Of a DNA stretch of 64,000 nucleotides, positions 1 to 13,172 are shown one piece after another. The position numbers and the translations under genes are program-made. Position 1 is the stretch's first letter. Each line of letters starts with the position of its first letter. The stretch covers positions 144,832,001-144,896,000 of the forward strand of contig OZ024743.1 of NCBI GenBank assembly GCA_964016885.1, in the 5' to 3' direction. This DNA comes from Eledone cirrhosa. Its lineage: Eukaryota. The notes under the pieces are model-generated. The model had not been told where the DNA came from. It saw only the letters and a program-made list of their open reading frames with translations, and did no database searches.

Positions 1-87
1 GGGCCTGTCATGGTACCGCTTTGAAGGGATTTTAATCAATCACATCTAACCCAGTACTTATCTCTTTTTGTAGAAACTCTAACATAT

Positions 88-2725
88 ATGACACAGTCCT
101 TCCCCTATATACATAGATACACATACTTATATGTCGCTTCTCCATCCTCTCCTCAAACTCATCTCCCAATCATGCCGAATCTGAAATATTTCCTCCACCA
201 GCTTTATCCCACCCTCAATTGCATTCATTACTCCTTGCATCTCTCCAAACTTCTCTTCACTAAAACCTGCTATGACAGTCACGTCACTTTTCTTAGCTGA
301 TGTCTCCACCACCATCTCATTCCCCGAGGTTTCCGCTTCAACTTCCACTCCACTTCCTACTCAGCTCCCACCATTGAACCTCTCCTTACCCGCTCCTCTC
401 GCCATCTCATGCGGGTGACCCTCTCTCAAATCCGTTCTCTCGACCAAGATCTCCCCGAAGCCCACCTTCTTCTCTCCTCTACTTGCCACCTCCTCTGCGC
501 CCAATTCATCCTCCACCTCAATTTCTCACCGCCAAGAAAGAAAAATTTGTCCGCTCCGTCTGCCATCAACATACACCCACCTCACCCGCAGCCCTAACTC
601 TATTATCCCCTTGCCTACGATTCACTTTCTCATCGCTTCCACCTTCACTTCTCTCCCCATAACTGACTCCACACATGCCACCCCAGCCTCCACTAGTTTC
701 TCTCCCTCACGTACCTCCCATAGTGTTGTCACCCTACCTCCTGACCTATCACTATCCGAAACTGAGTGCTCCCTCCTCACCAGGGTTTTGTGCTTCATAC
801 CCACCACATCCACCTGCAATGAATTCCGAACAAGTACTGAGGTTGAACAAGTACTGAGGTCGCCTAAAACTAAAATACAAGCATTCTGCTACAGCACATC
901 ACCATCGGCTCAAACAGACTGCTTCACAAGCCTCAGTCGCCAACAGTCACAGTGGACGCTGAGCTCTGGGCAGTTCAGCACACTTGACATTTGTGGAAAC
1001 TTGCCGACGAATTTTGAACCACTTCAATTTCCGAAAACAATGTCGTCGTACCGACCTCACTCAGGCTGAACTCTCCGCTCTGCGCAGCCTACGGCATCGG
1101 AACGACATTACCCTCAAACCCGCTGATAAAGGTGGTGTGGCTCGCAGACCTATACAGGACGGAGGAGGCCCTCCGCCAGCTTCATAACACCCAATTTTAC
1201 CATTTGTTATCCTCTGACACCCACCCCAGACTACCAACAGCCCGTGTCCCCTACGATTCGCCAACTCATCTCCTCCTCTCTCCTACCACCTACTGCTACT
1301 AATCTTATACACACCACCTACTTCTTCCCCAAGATATTGGGGATATAATACATAAACCCGATGATTCCGGCCGCCCTATCGTTTCAGCCTGTAACTGCCC
1401 TAAAATAATTTCCCAATACGTTGATACCCTTCTCGCCTGCCTCGTAACGGGTCTCCCTTCCCACATCCATGACGCTAATCATACTCTTCGACTGTTTGAC
1501 CCCTTCCCTTTCACTTCTGGTCTCACTCGCCTTCTCTTTACCATGGTCATCAACTCTCTTTACACCGTCATCGCTCACGATGACGGCCTCCGTGCTTTCC
1601 GACATTATTTAGCCTTACACCCTACCCTAGTATTTCTACTCTTCTCTGCCTTACTGGACTCGTTCTCACTCTTAATGCTCTTCCCTTTTCCTGAGAGTTT
1701 TACCAACAGGTCTCTGGAGTAGCCATGGGTACAAGAAAGGGCCCTAACCATGCCAACTTGTTCGTAGGCTACGTTTAAGCCTTGATCTTCTCCCAGTACA
1801 CTGGTCCAACTCCTGAGAAATACGGTTGTTACATCGACGATAGTATCGGCGCCATCTTACTTCTCTGTGAAGAGCTCGACTCCTTTCTTTCTTTCGTCCA
1901 GTTTTTTCATCCGGCCCTCACTTTCACCACCTCCGTCTCCAAATCTTCAATCCAATTTCTTGATATCTCTCTATCGACCACACTCACCACACACTCTCTA
2001 CCTGCATCTTCTATAAGCTCAGTGATTCCCACTCCTACCTTGACTGCACCTCCTCCCATCCGAAACACATCAAACTCTCCATACTCAGCTCCCAATTCCT
2101 CCGGCTTCGTCGACTTTGTAGCCAGGACCACGATTTCGACCCAGTCCCAACACATAACCACACGCTTCATCCAGCGTGAATATCCCCAAACCCTGATCCA
2201 AGCTGTCCCCATCCGTGCTCGTGAAACTGATCGTCCCACAACCCTCTCACCCACCACTTCCTCCAACACCTGCCTCCCTTCCCCCTCACCTTCTACTCCA
2301 CCACCCTACCTATCTGCAACCTCCTGGCTTCGCGCACCAGGACTGAGCAGAGTCTGATTTTCCGTCTTGGGTCTAGTTTCCTTTATGGACTCAATTCCCC
2401 TCCCTAATTTCTTTAATATTGCGCACATACGCTCGCGCTTACTTCTATATCGATAGCCATTGTCACCCTACCTCCTCCGCTGTCACACATGCGCGAGCAC
2501 ATTCACCACCTAGGTCCCTTCCTATGGCTCTATTGCGGGCAGAAACACACACTCTTACAGCTTGTACAGACCAACAACAATACGCGCACACACTTCTACA
2601 CTTATCCTCATAGCTCTATACGGACCAACAACTAGCACACACGCACACACACCCTCATAAACTCATACACACATATCCTCAGAGCTTCGTTCATACAACA
2701 AAACATACGTGCGCACGCACGCAAT

Positions 2726-2756
<31 letters not shown>

Positions 2757-3191
2757 CTCTCTTTCTCACTCTCTCTCTCTCCCTAAACTTATATATACAC
2801 TCATATATCCTCTTAGTTTTGTACGGACAAATAAGAAACACACATACGCACGCGCGCACATACCAAACGATTTTTTTCCTTTGCAGCTAGACGCATTCGA
2901 TCACCGCCTTTTAAAACAAGATCAACTAATAGAACAATGCCAGAATCAACAGTTTTCTAAGAGATGGCGACTTGAATAGACCTGAATTTTTCTAATAAAT
3001 TTTTTTTTCGGTTCTGCTACTGCCCAAATTCCTCTAGCTTTCTATTTGATCTTTAAATTCTCATTTTATTTTCTGATGAGGGACAAGCGTCCGAAATATT
3101 AAGACCCCTTTTCTACCATATCAAGCGTAAAACTGATAATATATTTCTTCATTGTACTATATCGTTTGTTTTGTTATTTCTTTTTGCCTTT

Positions 3192-3193
<2 letters not shown>
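88..3193 (+). mobile_element. Decayed Penelope-like retroelement, Neptune-type (RT remnants, endonuclease region deleted, CA-rich 3' UTR, pseudo-LTR with HHR)
   Basis: Frameshifted PLE motifs in order: LSETECSLLTRVLCFIPT, LRSLRHRNDITLKPADKGG, PGRPIVSAC, QQVSGVAMGT, GCYIDD, FHPALTFT..IQFLDISL, SQFLRLRRLC. The 3' end is homologous to the 9183-11037 and 33481-34885 copies and abuts (TA)n. Confidence 0.9.
3070..3104 (+). ncRNA. Minimal type I hammerhead ribozyme motif (Neptune pLTR)
   Basis: CTGATGA g ggac-aagc-gtcc GAAA tat TA aga; palindromic AATATT stem III. Confidence 0.8.
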
Positions 3194-3244
<51 letters not shown>

Positions 3245-3432
3245 CTTTAGGTTTGTTGGTTCACCACTGGATAGAATTCCGTATGGTCAATCTTGGTGTA
3301 ATATTGTGGAGAGTACTCAACGTAGTGCAGTTCACCCGTCTTCGTTTGTGTAGTTGGTGGTGCGAATACGGAGTTAATTATAAATAAAAATAACAGGAGG
3401 TTGGACTGGTGTAAATCCTTGAAAGGTTTATT

Positions 3433-3490
3433 ATACTATGATCATTTCAATGACCGGGTTCCATATGAATCCGGTGATATCATCAGGTAT
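3433..3490 (-). ncRNA. Hammerhead ribozyme motif (family A, inverted pLTR)
   Basis: Reverse complement of the 4363-4420 motif. Confidence 0.85.
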
Positions 3491-3681
3491 TCGAAATATA
3501 ACAAAGGAATATGTAAAAACCATGGGTCCGAAAAATCAGAGACAGAGAGGACGCCTGGCCAACTAGCTGCCTTTCACCTCGGCCAGTCGCCCTCAAAGTG
3601 ATGGCTACTCGTTCTGCTGATGACCATCTGGTGAGGGGGCGAAGGCTTATAATGTACCTCTCCGTCAAAGAATAAAAAAGG

Positions 3682-3715
<34 letters not shown>

Positions 3716-3818
3716 AGAAAAAAGAAAGAAATCAGCGTAAGGGTCACACTACTGTCAAGCTAGAAAACGCCGCGAAAAATGTTATTCTAAAGAATCTATA
3801 TTTTAACAAAGGCATATA

Positions 3819-4002
3819 ATAATTGTTTCTACTTTTTGGCACAAGGCCAGCAATTACACAGGGCATTACTGGTACTTTATTTTATCGACCCCGTAAGGAT
3901 GAAAGGCTAAGTCAACCTCAGCGGGATTTGAACTCAGATCGTTAAGGGACGTAACTATGCTGGAAAGCATGGCATCCGACCCTCTACTGATACTGCCAAT
4001 CC
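3819..4002 (-). mobile_element. tRNA-head SINE with Nin/Deu-like core, inserted in the inverted arm of family A
   Basis: Minus strand: A-box-like tggcagtatcagtagag, B box gagttcaaatccc, core gcctttcatccttacggggtcgataaa. Absent from the homologous site near 5925-5950. Confidence 0.88.
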
Positions 4003-4362
4003 ATAATGGGTGTCTGTATGGTCTAATGTGTGAACAGAAAATTGGAACGTTAAACTTAAAATATAGATTCTTTAGAATAACATTTTTCGCGACGTTTTCT
4101 AGCTTGACAGTAGTGTGACCCTTACGCTGACTTCTTTCTTTTTTCATCTTTTCTTTCTTTCTTCCCCTTTTTTATTCTTTGGCGGACAGGTGGTAGTACA
4201 TTATAAGCCTTCGCCCCCTCACCAGATGGTCATCAGCAGAACGAGTAGCCATCACTTTGAGGGCGACTGGCCGAGGTGAAAGGCAGCTAGTTGGCCAGGC
4301 GTCCTCTCTGTCTCTGATTTTTCGGACCCATGGTTTTTACATATTCCTTTGTTATATTTCGA

Positions 4363-4420
4363 ATACCTGATGATATCACCGGATTCATATGGAACCCGGT
4401 CATTGAAATGATCATAGTAT
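4363..4420 (+). ncRNA. Hammerhead ribozyme motif (family A, upstream pLTR)
   Basis: atac CTGATGA tatc-accgg...ccggt-catt GAAA tgatca TA gtat. Stem I atac/gtat; palindromic ATGATCAT stem III; predicted cleavage after 4416. Confidence 0.87.
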
Positions 4421-5301
4421 AATAAACCTTTCAAGGATTTACACCAGTCCAGCCTCCTGTTATTTTTATTTATAATTAACTCCGTATTCGCACCACCAAC
4501 TACACAAACGAAGACGGGTGAACTGCACTACGTTGAGTACTCTCCACAATATTACACCAAGATTGACCATACGGAATTCTATCCAGTGGTGAACCAACAA
4601 ACCTAAAGAAATAATGCTCCAATAATGTTGAGAACTTCCAAATGTAATATTGAACAGTGGTACTGACTTCTGTGTACAGCTACCGCCAGCTTGGGATTAA
4701 TTGATCTGCTTACCATTCGGATTTTGGCTGCTCTGTGCTTTGTCTACCGCCCACCCGATGCTGCTTCCCTGTCGGGAATATTCGGATTCCGACAAAATTC
4801 TACGTATTATACTAAAACATGTATTGTATTGACTGAATTCTCTACTCTATACCTCAGGACTTCTTTTGTGACTCACACTGAATTTGGAGATCCGAACTTT
4901 ACACTAGGTACCACCTGTCACCATTCCATCTCTTCCATCCTCTATTATCTTACTACAACTTGATCTATATTGTATTTCTATTTTGCTCTGATTCCTCCGA
5001 TATGTTCTTATATACTTCCGTCTTACTACATCACTACCCTAGCTATGAAGACGTTTTAGTTATGTATTTTACTTTTTACTTTTATTAGTTTATTAATGTA
5101 TTTTTATCAATGTATTCTTTATCTTTGTATTTTATTTTTATGTAACTTTCCTTACTCAGGTCATTATGCACCTTTCATAGCCCCCTACCCACCAAAGAAA
5201 CACACTACTTATAACCCGGACTAACTGGGACTTTAAAATAATTATAGTCTATTTGCACCCTTTATCGGGTTTTGCTACCTTCGATTGATGTGGTGGCTTT
5301 T

Positions 5302-5430
5302 CCCGGCTGCGTGATGGGCGCTCGGAAAGTTCAGCCTTCCTTGAGTGCTTGGAAAAATAAATTTCCCCTCTTTCGGTAAACGAAATTACTTGGAGCGGCT
5401 TTCTTTGCCCCCGGCCCGCCGCGCCGCCTG
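5302..5430 (+). ncRNA. Unassigned structured RNA motif, copy X1 (three-way junction in a GC-rich stalk)
   Basis: ttgagt/acttgg closing the hairpins ggaaa-aataaa-tttcc and tttcg-gtaaa-cgaaa. Homolog at 30707-30838 (-). Confidence 0.6.
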
Positions 5431-5586
5431 TTTTGGCCGCCACATTATACTTATCCCTATAAACTCTAGGCTTAGGCATAACTGTTAGCTGTATCATGCC
5501 TCTACTGGCACGTAAATAAACCCCCCTCATGTGTGAATTAATAGTATTCGTTTGGTATTGACGATGGCCTGTCGAAATTGTAGACT

Positions 5587-5716
5587 TCCCGCTAGCACAC
5601 CCGGGGCCTAGGGTAGCTACGTTCCTAGAGTACTCGGAAAAATTAATTTCCATTTCTTTCGCTGGACGATACCACTCGAAACTGGCTGACACGTGGTTAG
5701 GAGGTGCTGGCTGGGA
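5587..5716 (+). ncRNA. Unassigned structured RNA motif, copy X2
   Basis: Stalk gctagcac/gtgctggc; gagt/actc closing ggaaa-aattaa-tttcc and tcg-ctgga-cga; extra hairpin ctgac/gttag. Homologs at 30433-30558 and 31157-31282 (-). Confidence 0.6.
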
Positions 5717-6034
5717 CTCACAATCGAATGTTTTAATCTTTACTATATCCAACCTGATATTTTATCGAGATTAACTTTTTCATATAAGACTCTCTCTGTA
5801 AGTTCATTAAATAATTTTTTTTTTTTCCCAATTTTAAATTTATTATTTTTTAATTTAATTTCATCCTATAACCCGTAACATAAGTTTAACGTTCCAATTT
5901 TCTGTTCACACGTTAGATCATACAGACACCAATTATATATGCCTTTGTTAAAATATAGATTCTTTAGAATAACATTTTTCGCGGCGTTTTCTAGCTTGAC
6001 AGGAGTGTGACCTTACGCTGACTTCTTTCTTTTT

Positions 6035-6090
<56 letters not shown>

Positions 6091-6282
6091 TTTTATTCTT
6101 TGACAGAGAGGTGGTAGTACATTATAAGCCTTCGCCCCCTCACCAGATGGTCATCAGCAGAACGAGTAGCCATCGTTTTGAGGGCGACTGGCCGAGGTGA
6201 AAGCAGCTAGTTGGCCAGGCGTCCTCTCTGTCTCTGATTTTTCGGACCCATGGTTTTTACATATTCCTTTGTTATATTTCGA

Positions 6283-6340
6283 ATACCTGATGATATCACC
6301 GGATTCATATGGAACCCGGTCATTGAAATGATCATAGTAT
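6283..6340 (+). ncRNA. Hammerhead ribozyme motif (family A, downstream pLTR)
   Basis: Identical to 4363-4420. Confidence 0.87.
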
Positions 6341-6380
6341 AATAAACCTTTCAAGGATTTACACCAGTCCAGCCTCCTGT

Positions 6381-6422
<42 letters not shown>

Positions 6423-6450
6423 ACATATATATATATATATATATATATAT

Positions 6451-7330
6451 AGGAACCAGTAAGACCCCGACAGCTGAGCTCAAGCCGTTTCGACGGCTAA
6501 TTCTGGACTAAATGAAAATTTATCCTGGTATTTAAATAGCCGATCTTCTCAAGGGGTAATTCCATATATGGTCAAAGTGATTGTCAAAAATCAGTAGTAA
6601 TTCTGTGGTTGCAAATTAGTAGGGGAGATGGTGGCTAAACCTGCCAGTAGGAGAAAGAGGGGAGGGGGTGGAGTAGACCCAATCAAGCGTTGGTAGTGCC
6701 AGCTACAGCTGGGCATGAGGTCAAAGAAGATACAGGGGAGGGGGAGGGGGAGGAAGTCGGAACGGTAGGTAGAACAATGGGGGGTAGAAATATATAGGAA
6801 AGAAAAAATACTGAGAGTGAAGAAAAGCAAATAAGTGTAAAGAAAAAAGTAAAGTAAATTAAATTCTACGACCTAGCTATTGTTAGGCTAGAATAAATAA
6901 ATAAATAAAGAAAGAAATAAGTAAAGAAAGAAATAAAGAAATAACGAAATAAGTAAAAGAACTAGGTGGGACGGAATAGGCAAGGACCCTTTTAAGAGGT
7001 ATAAGTACGTAAATGATACGGTGACGGGTCAACAAAAGGGGCCAAAATACTAAAGAGACTACCACGAAATAAGCAATAAAGGTTTCCATCCCGGGCACAA
7101 TGCCAGCAACCACCCAGTGCAGCAAAGTGAACTAGTACGAGATAATAATTCTGAGTCCCGAGAAAAATATATACTAATGCTAACTCTAAAAGATCTAAAA
7201 CAAGCTACAAGAAAGTTCGTACGAAGCAAAGGTAGAATACGGGAAAATAAATTCAGAATCCACCCCGCCCAAAAGAAAAGCGAGGAAAGAAATACTGAAA
7301 CGAAAAAATAAGGCATAAGTGCCACTAAGA
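6451..7330 (-). mobile_element. Non-coding pLTR/3' UTR segment of HHR family B
   Basis: Lies between (TA)n tracts. Its terminus is shared with the fold-backs at 7701, 16710, 29296 and 40457. Confidence 0.7.
6464..6557 (-). ncRNA. Hammerhead ribozyme, U3:A8 core variant, long stems II and III
   Basis: Minus strand: acccc TTGAGAA gatcggcta...tagccgtc GAAA cggct-tgagctc-agctg TC ggggt. Confidence 0.85.
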
Positions 7331-7332
7331 AA

Positions 7333-8844
<1,512 letters not shown>

Positions 8845-8907
8845 AATATTGAGTAAAATGACATGAGGCCGGACTGGTGAAATTCATTCAAAGATTTATT
8901 TCAGCAA

Positions 8908-8967
8908 AACACTATATACATTTCAGTGGCCAGGTTACGTAAGATCCTGGTGACATCATCAGATGTT
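8908..8967 (-). ncRNA. Hammerhead ribozyme motif in a family A-related pLTR fragment (about 8845-9118)
   Basis: Minus strand: aacat CTGATGA tgtca-ccagg...cctgg-ccact GAAA tgtata TA gtgtt. Confidence 0.8.
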
Positions 8968-9268
8968 TATTGCATAATAGTTATATAATAAAGGAATAAT
9001 GGTAAACACAATCCAAGAGGCTATAAGGAGAGAAAGTAGATTAAAAAAAAAACAGAAAAATGTTTTTGACTCGAAGGTGATCAATAGGGCCAGTTGTTGT
9101 CAGCTTGGCTGACCAGCAATATATATATATATATATATATATATACAGTATATATACATATATATATATATATGCGTGTGTGTAAAAGGTAAACAGAAAT
9201 AACAACACAATCGGTACAGTATATGGAAGGGATATATTAGGCTAACGCTTGATATAGCAGGGAGAGGG

Positions 9269-9304
9269 TCTTAACGTTTCGGACGCTAGTCTTTCATCAG
9301 AAGA
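9269..9304 (-). ncRNA. Minimal hammerhead motif
   Basis: Minus strand: tctt CTGATGA aagac-tagc-gtcc GAAA cgt TA aga. Confidence 0.8.
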
Positions 9305-9530
9305 AAGAATGAGAAATAAGATAGATTGAGGGGACGGGTGGGTTGGAATTTGAAAAAATGTCTTTAGATAAAAATAACAGGTCCATTCATGTTGACATCT
9401 CTTGCAAAACTGTTGGTGCTGGCGTTTTGTGTATGATTTATTTTTTAGAAAAGTGGATGATGGAGCGCGTCTACCTGAAAAAACGTTTTGTAAAAAGAGC
9501 TATACTTGTGCACGTGTGTAAGCATGTGTA

Positions 9531-9615
<85 letters not shown>

Positions 9616-10384
9616 ATACGTCCGTACGAAACTAAGAAGAAATGTGAGTAAAAGAGTGTGTGTGTGCATGTAAGTACGAAGCTATGAGCAAAAGTATATT
9701 AATATAAGGGTGTGTATGTGTGTATACAGAGCAGTGAAGGGAAAAGTGGAGTGAGCATATATAGTCGGCATGTATTAGTTGTAAGAGGAGCTGCTAATGA
9801 TCAAGAGAAAGCGATAGGAATCTAGGGGTGTGGTAATGGACGGGGTATTAGAGAAATTGGGGAGGTGAGTTGAGTCCAAGAGGGGAATAGGAACCAAGGC
9901 GGTGAATCATACTTTGTTCAGTCCTGGTGCGCGAGGCCTGTGATCCATGATGTAAAAGGATACACAGGACTGAAATATGTAGGGAAGAATGACCAGGAGA
10001 ACAGAAATGACGGGTGACAGGAGTATCTAAACCGAGTCGTATGTCCCTCAAATGTTCGGCAAAACGGTCCACCAAACGGCGTCCCGTTTGTCCGATATAT
10101 AAAGACCCGCAAAGGGAACACCGGAGGGCATGGACAACGTGGGTGGATGTGCAGGTAAAAAAGTGGCGGATATGGAAAGACTCTTTAGGGCCTGTAAGAG
10201 TGGTGAGGGTGGAAATGAAAGTACACGTGTTGCAACGGGAACGGGAACAAGGATGAGACCCGGGTGGAGACGTGGGAGAGGACGAGAAGGAACTGCGAAC
10301 CAGGGTAAACAGAAATAACAACACAATTGGTACAGTAAATGGAATGAATATATTAGGTTAACGTTTGAAATAGGAGGAAGAGGG

Positions 10385-10420
10385 TCTTAACGTTTCGGAC
10401 ACTAGTCCTTCATCAGAAGA
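10385..10420 (-). ncRNA. Minimal hammerhead motif
   Basis: Minus strand: tctt CTGATGA a ggac-tagt-gtcc GAAA cgt TA aga. Confidence 0.83.
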
Positions 10421-11249
10421 AAGAATGAGAAATTAAGAAGATTGAAGGGACAGATAGGGCGGAATCTGAAAAAATGTTTTTAGAGAAAAATAACAGGTCC
10501 ATTTATGTTGCTATCCCTTGGAAAACTGTTGATGCTGGCGTTTTGTGTGTGATATACTTAGAAAAGTGGATGGTGGAGCGCGTCTATCTAAAATAGAAAA
10601 TAAATTGTTTTACACATAGAGCTATACGTGTGTGCGCGCGCGCGCGTGTGTGAAGCAAGAGGATATTTGTGTGTATATGTAAGTAAAAGAGTGTGTGTGC
10701 TTGTAAGTACGAAGCTGTGAGCAAAAGTATGTTAATATATGGTAGTGTGTGTATGTGTGTGTGTGTGTGAACAGAGCTGTGAAGAGCAAAGTAGAGGTGT
10801 GTGTGCGTATTTTGTTGCTCTGTATCAGCAGCAAGAGTGTATGCTTCTGCCCATGAGAAAGCCATAGGAATCTAGGGGTGAATGTACAAGCGCGTGTGTG
10901 ACAACGACGAGGTAAACGTGACGGGGGGCACAAAGGGTAGAGAAGTAAGCACTAACGTAAATGTGTAATATTAAAAAAATTGAGGAGGGTAGTTAAGTTC
11001 ATCAGGGAAACAGGAACCGAGGCGGTAAATCAGACTATATATAATATATATATAGTAATAATAATAAAATTGAAGACTAAAATCCAAAGAGGGCTCGATA
11101 AGGAAAATATATATCAAATATATAAGAACCGTAGAGCAAATATTTATTAAAATAACAGATTAAAGTTTAAGCATAATCCGCGAAAAGCAGACAACAAACA
11201 GGATAAATTTGGATTTAAAACTTATAATAACCCTCCGTGGAACCCAGCA

Positions 11250-13172
11250 TTGCTACCCTTCGAAAATGATGTCTTGGAACTCATTCTGAATATCAAATTT
11301 CGGAATAGGAGCAATTCCTTCCAGCAAAACCTGAAGAATAGAATTCGTTCTATTAAGGATTCTAACGCCGTGCACGTCCATTCCGACAAAACTGGCAACC
11401 TATATCAAGTGGAGCGCAGTACTTACCATCAACTACTACATAATGCTGTAACTAAGGATTACCGTAAAACTAATCGGTGCGTCATCAATGAAATCAACGA
11501 TGCTGGGTTTAAAATCACATCTGATCTCAACATCCTGGACCGGACCGAACCTCTGGACCCTATCTCTCCCCACTTTACCATGAAGGATCACAAATCCAAT
11601 TTTTCGAACAACCCTTCTATTCGGCTTATTAACCCTACGAAGTCCGATTTAGGTAGGCTTAGTAAAACGATTCTTGATAGAATTATACCTGAAATTAGAA
11701 GTTTGGCCCCTCTCGCACTGTGGAACAATTCTTTCGCGGTGATTGATTGGTTCAACGGCATATGTAACAAGGAAGATTGCCGTTTTATCCAATTCGACAT
11801 CAACAATTACTACTCCTCCATCACTTTACCACTTCTCCTCAGAGCTATCAATTTCGCTAAAACACTCACAGTGGTTAAGGATTTTGAAGTTGATGTCATC
11901 CTTAAAGCCCGAAAGTCGGTGATTAATTTCGACGACTCTATTTGGATTAAAAAATCCAATAGTACCCCATTCGACGTGAGTATGGGCGCCAGTGACTCTG
12001 CGGAGGTTACTGATCTTATTGGCCTTTTCCTTCTTTTCTCTATCAAGGACGAATTCCCCAACGCGGGCGGTGGTTTGTACCGTGACGATGGTCTTTTGAC
12101 CATGACTAAGTGCGGACCTCGTGCTTGCGACAGGTTCAGAAAAGAACTCATAGCCTTCTTTAAAGGCTTCAACCTCTCTATACAGGTTGAGGCCAATCTC
12201 TCGGTCGTTAATTACCTCGACGTTACCCTCAATTTATTGAATGGGTTGTATTACCCGTATAGAAAGCCGAATGATACGCTTAATTACATAAGTAAGCATT
12301 CCAACCATCCTGCCAGCATAACCAAGAACCTGGTAAGAAACGTTTCGTTGAGGCTTTCCCGTCTTTCCACCAACGAGCGCATTTTCAACGGCCATTCCAC
12401 TTATTACAATGAAACTCTTGCTCGAAGTGGATTTGTCGATAAGGTAGCATATACAGTGTACGAAAATAGACCTAGAAGAAATAGATCTCGTCGCATTTGT
12501 TGGTTTAACCCACCATATAATATGGAGGTGGCCACACCATTAGCTAAGATCTTTCTTTCCCTTATTACGAAGCATTTTCCCCCTACACATAAATATAGTA
12601 ACATTTTTAATAGAAATACTATTAAAATTTCTTACTCTACGACTCCTAACCTTGCACATAACATCACAGCTTCAAATTTAGCTAAACTACCTAGCCGTAG
12701 GAACACGTGCAACCCTGTAGGTAGTACTAACTGTAATTGTAGGAATCGGGCTGATTGCCCCCTATCCGGGAAATGCCTCTCTAGTAACATTGTCTACAAA
12801 TGTAAGGTTGTAACACCCACGTCCCGTAGGGCCTACATACGGTTAACCGCCAATAGTTTCAAGCAGCGTCTTTACATGCATACCCATTCTTTTCGTTACC
12901 CTCTAAGAAGGAATATGACGTCACTTTCAGCTTATATCTGGAGTCTAAAAGACAACCACACCCAATATAAGTTACACTGGGAGATCCTAGCTAGGGCTAG
13001 ATCGTATAACGGAAATAAAAGACCATGTGACCTCTGCGCCGCTGAGGCCCTGGAAATACTCTACGCTACAGACCACATCTTAAACAAAAAATCTGAGGCA
13101 ATTTCGGCTTGTAAACATAAATTGCACAAAACTTTCCTGTATTACAGCCCCACGTTATACCCTAACGGATAG
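11250..13172 (+). CDS. PLE reverse transcriptase with C-terminal GIY-YIG endonuclease (N-terminally truncated; no ATG start)
   Basis: SDKTGNLY, IRLINPTKSDLG, QFDINNYYSSI, FDVSMGASDSAEVTDLIG, LYRDDGL, VNYLDVTLNL, SNHP, WFNPPY, CNCRNRADCPLSGKC, IVYKC..AYIRLT, CDLC, LNKKSE..CKH. PLE-like sequence continues in frame upstream to about 11175 (KFGFKT..PP). Confidence 0.93.
   Translation: MLPFENDVLELILNIKFRNRSNSFQQNLKNRIRSIKDSNAVHVHSDKTGNLYQVERSTYHQLLHNAVTKDYRKTNRCVINEINDAGFKITSDLNILDRTEPLDPISPHFTMKDHKSNFSNNPSIRLINPTKSDLGRLSKTILDRIIPEIRSLAPLALWNNSFAVIDWFNGICNKEDCRFIQFDINNYYSSITLPLLLRAINFAKTLTVVKDFEVDVILKARKSVINFDDSIWIKKSNSTPFDVSMGASDSAEVTDLIGLFLLFSIKDEFPNAGGGLYRDDGLLTMTKCGPRACDRFRKELIAFFKGFNLSIQVEANLSVVNYLDVTLNLLNGLYYPYRKPNDTLNYISKHSNHPASITKNLVRNVSLRLSRLSTNERIFNGHSTYYNETLARSGFVDKVAYTVYENRPRRNRSRRICWFNPPYNMEVATPLAKIFLSLITKHFPPTHKYSNIFNRNTIKISYSTTPNLAHNITASNLAKLPSRRNTCNPVGSTNCNCRNRADCPLSGKCLSSNIVYKCKVVTPTSRRAYIRLTANSFKQRLYMHTHSFRYPLRRNMTSLSAYIWSLKDNHTQYKLHWEILARARSYNGNKRPCDLCAAEALEILYATDHILNKKSEAISACKHKLHKTFLYYSPTLYPNG

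Larger units (their letters stand above)
3246..6391 (+). mobile_element. Non-coding PLE-dependent/retrozyme-like element (family A): inverted pLTR+tail, then pLTR - body - pLTR, 1920-nt period
   Basis: About 4057-4470 is repeated at about 5948-6391 (HHR cores at 4367 and 6287, 1920 nt apart). 3246-3810 is the reverse complement of about 4057-4608. Flanked by (TA)n. No RT or EN motifs in any frame of the ORF track. Confidence 0.85.
9183..11037 (-). mobile_element. Neptune-type PLE, partial tandem: 3'UTR/pLTR - GIY-YIG fragment - 3'UTR/pLTR
   Basis: ORF 9848-10324 has a C-x4-C-x2-C linker, VVHALRCSLCGSLYIGQTGRRLVDRFAEH and PVTRHF..GH. The pLTR is repeated at 9187-9310 and 10304-10430. Confidence 0.92.

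Noticed and set aside
4626-4963. ATG-initiated frame with one in-frame TGA (possible selenocysteine readthrough, as in some Naiad PLEs)
   Set aside because: No SECIS recognised, no protein similarity and only one copy to compare.
5249-5752. 167-aa minus-strand ORF in family A
   Set aside because: Antisense to the element, no recognisable domain, and the frame is not kept in the 30400-30850 homolog; conservation fits RNA pairing better.
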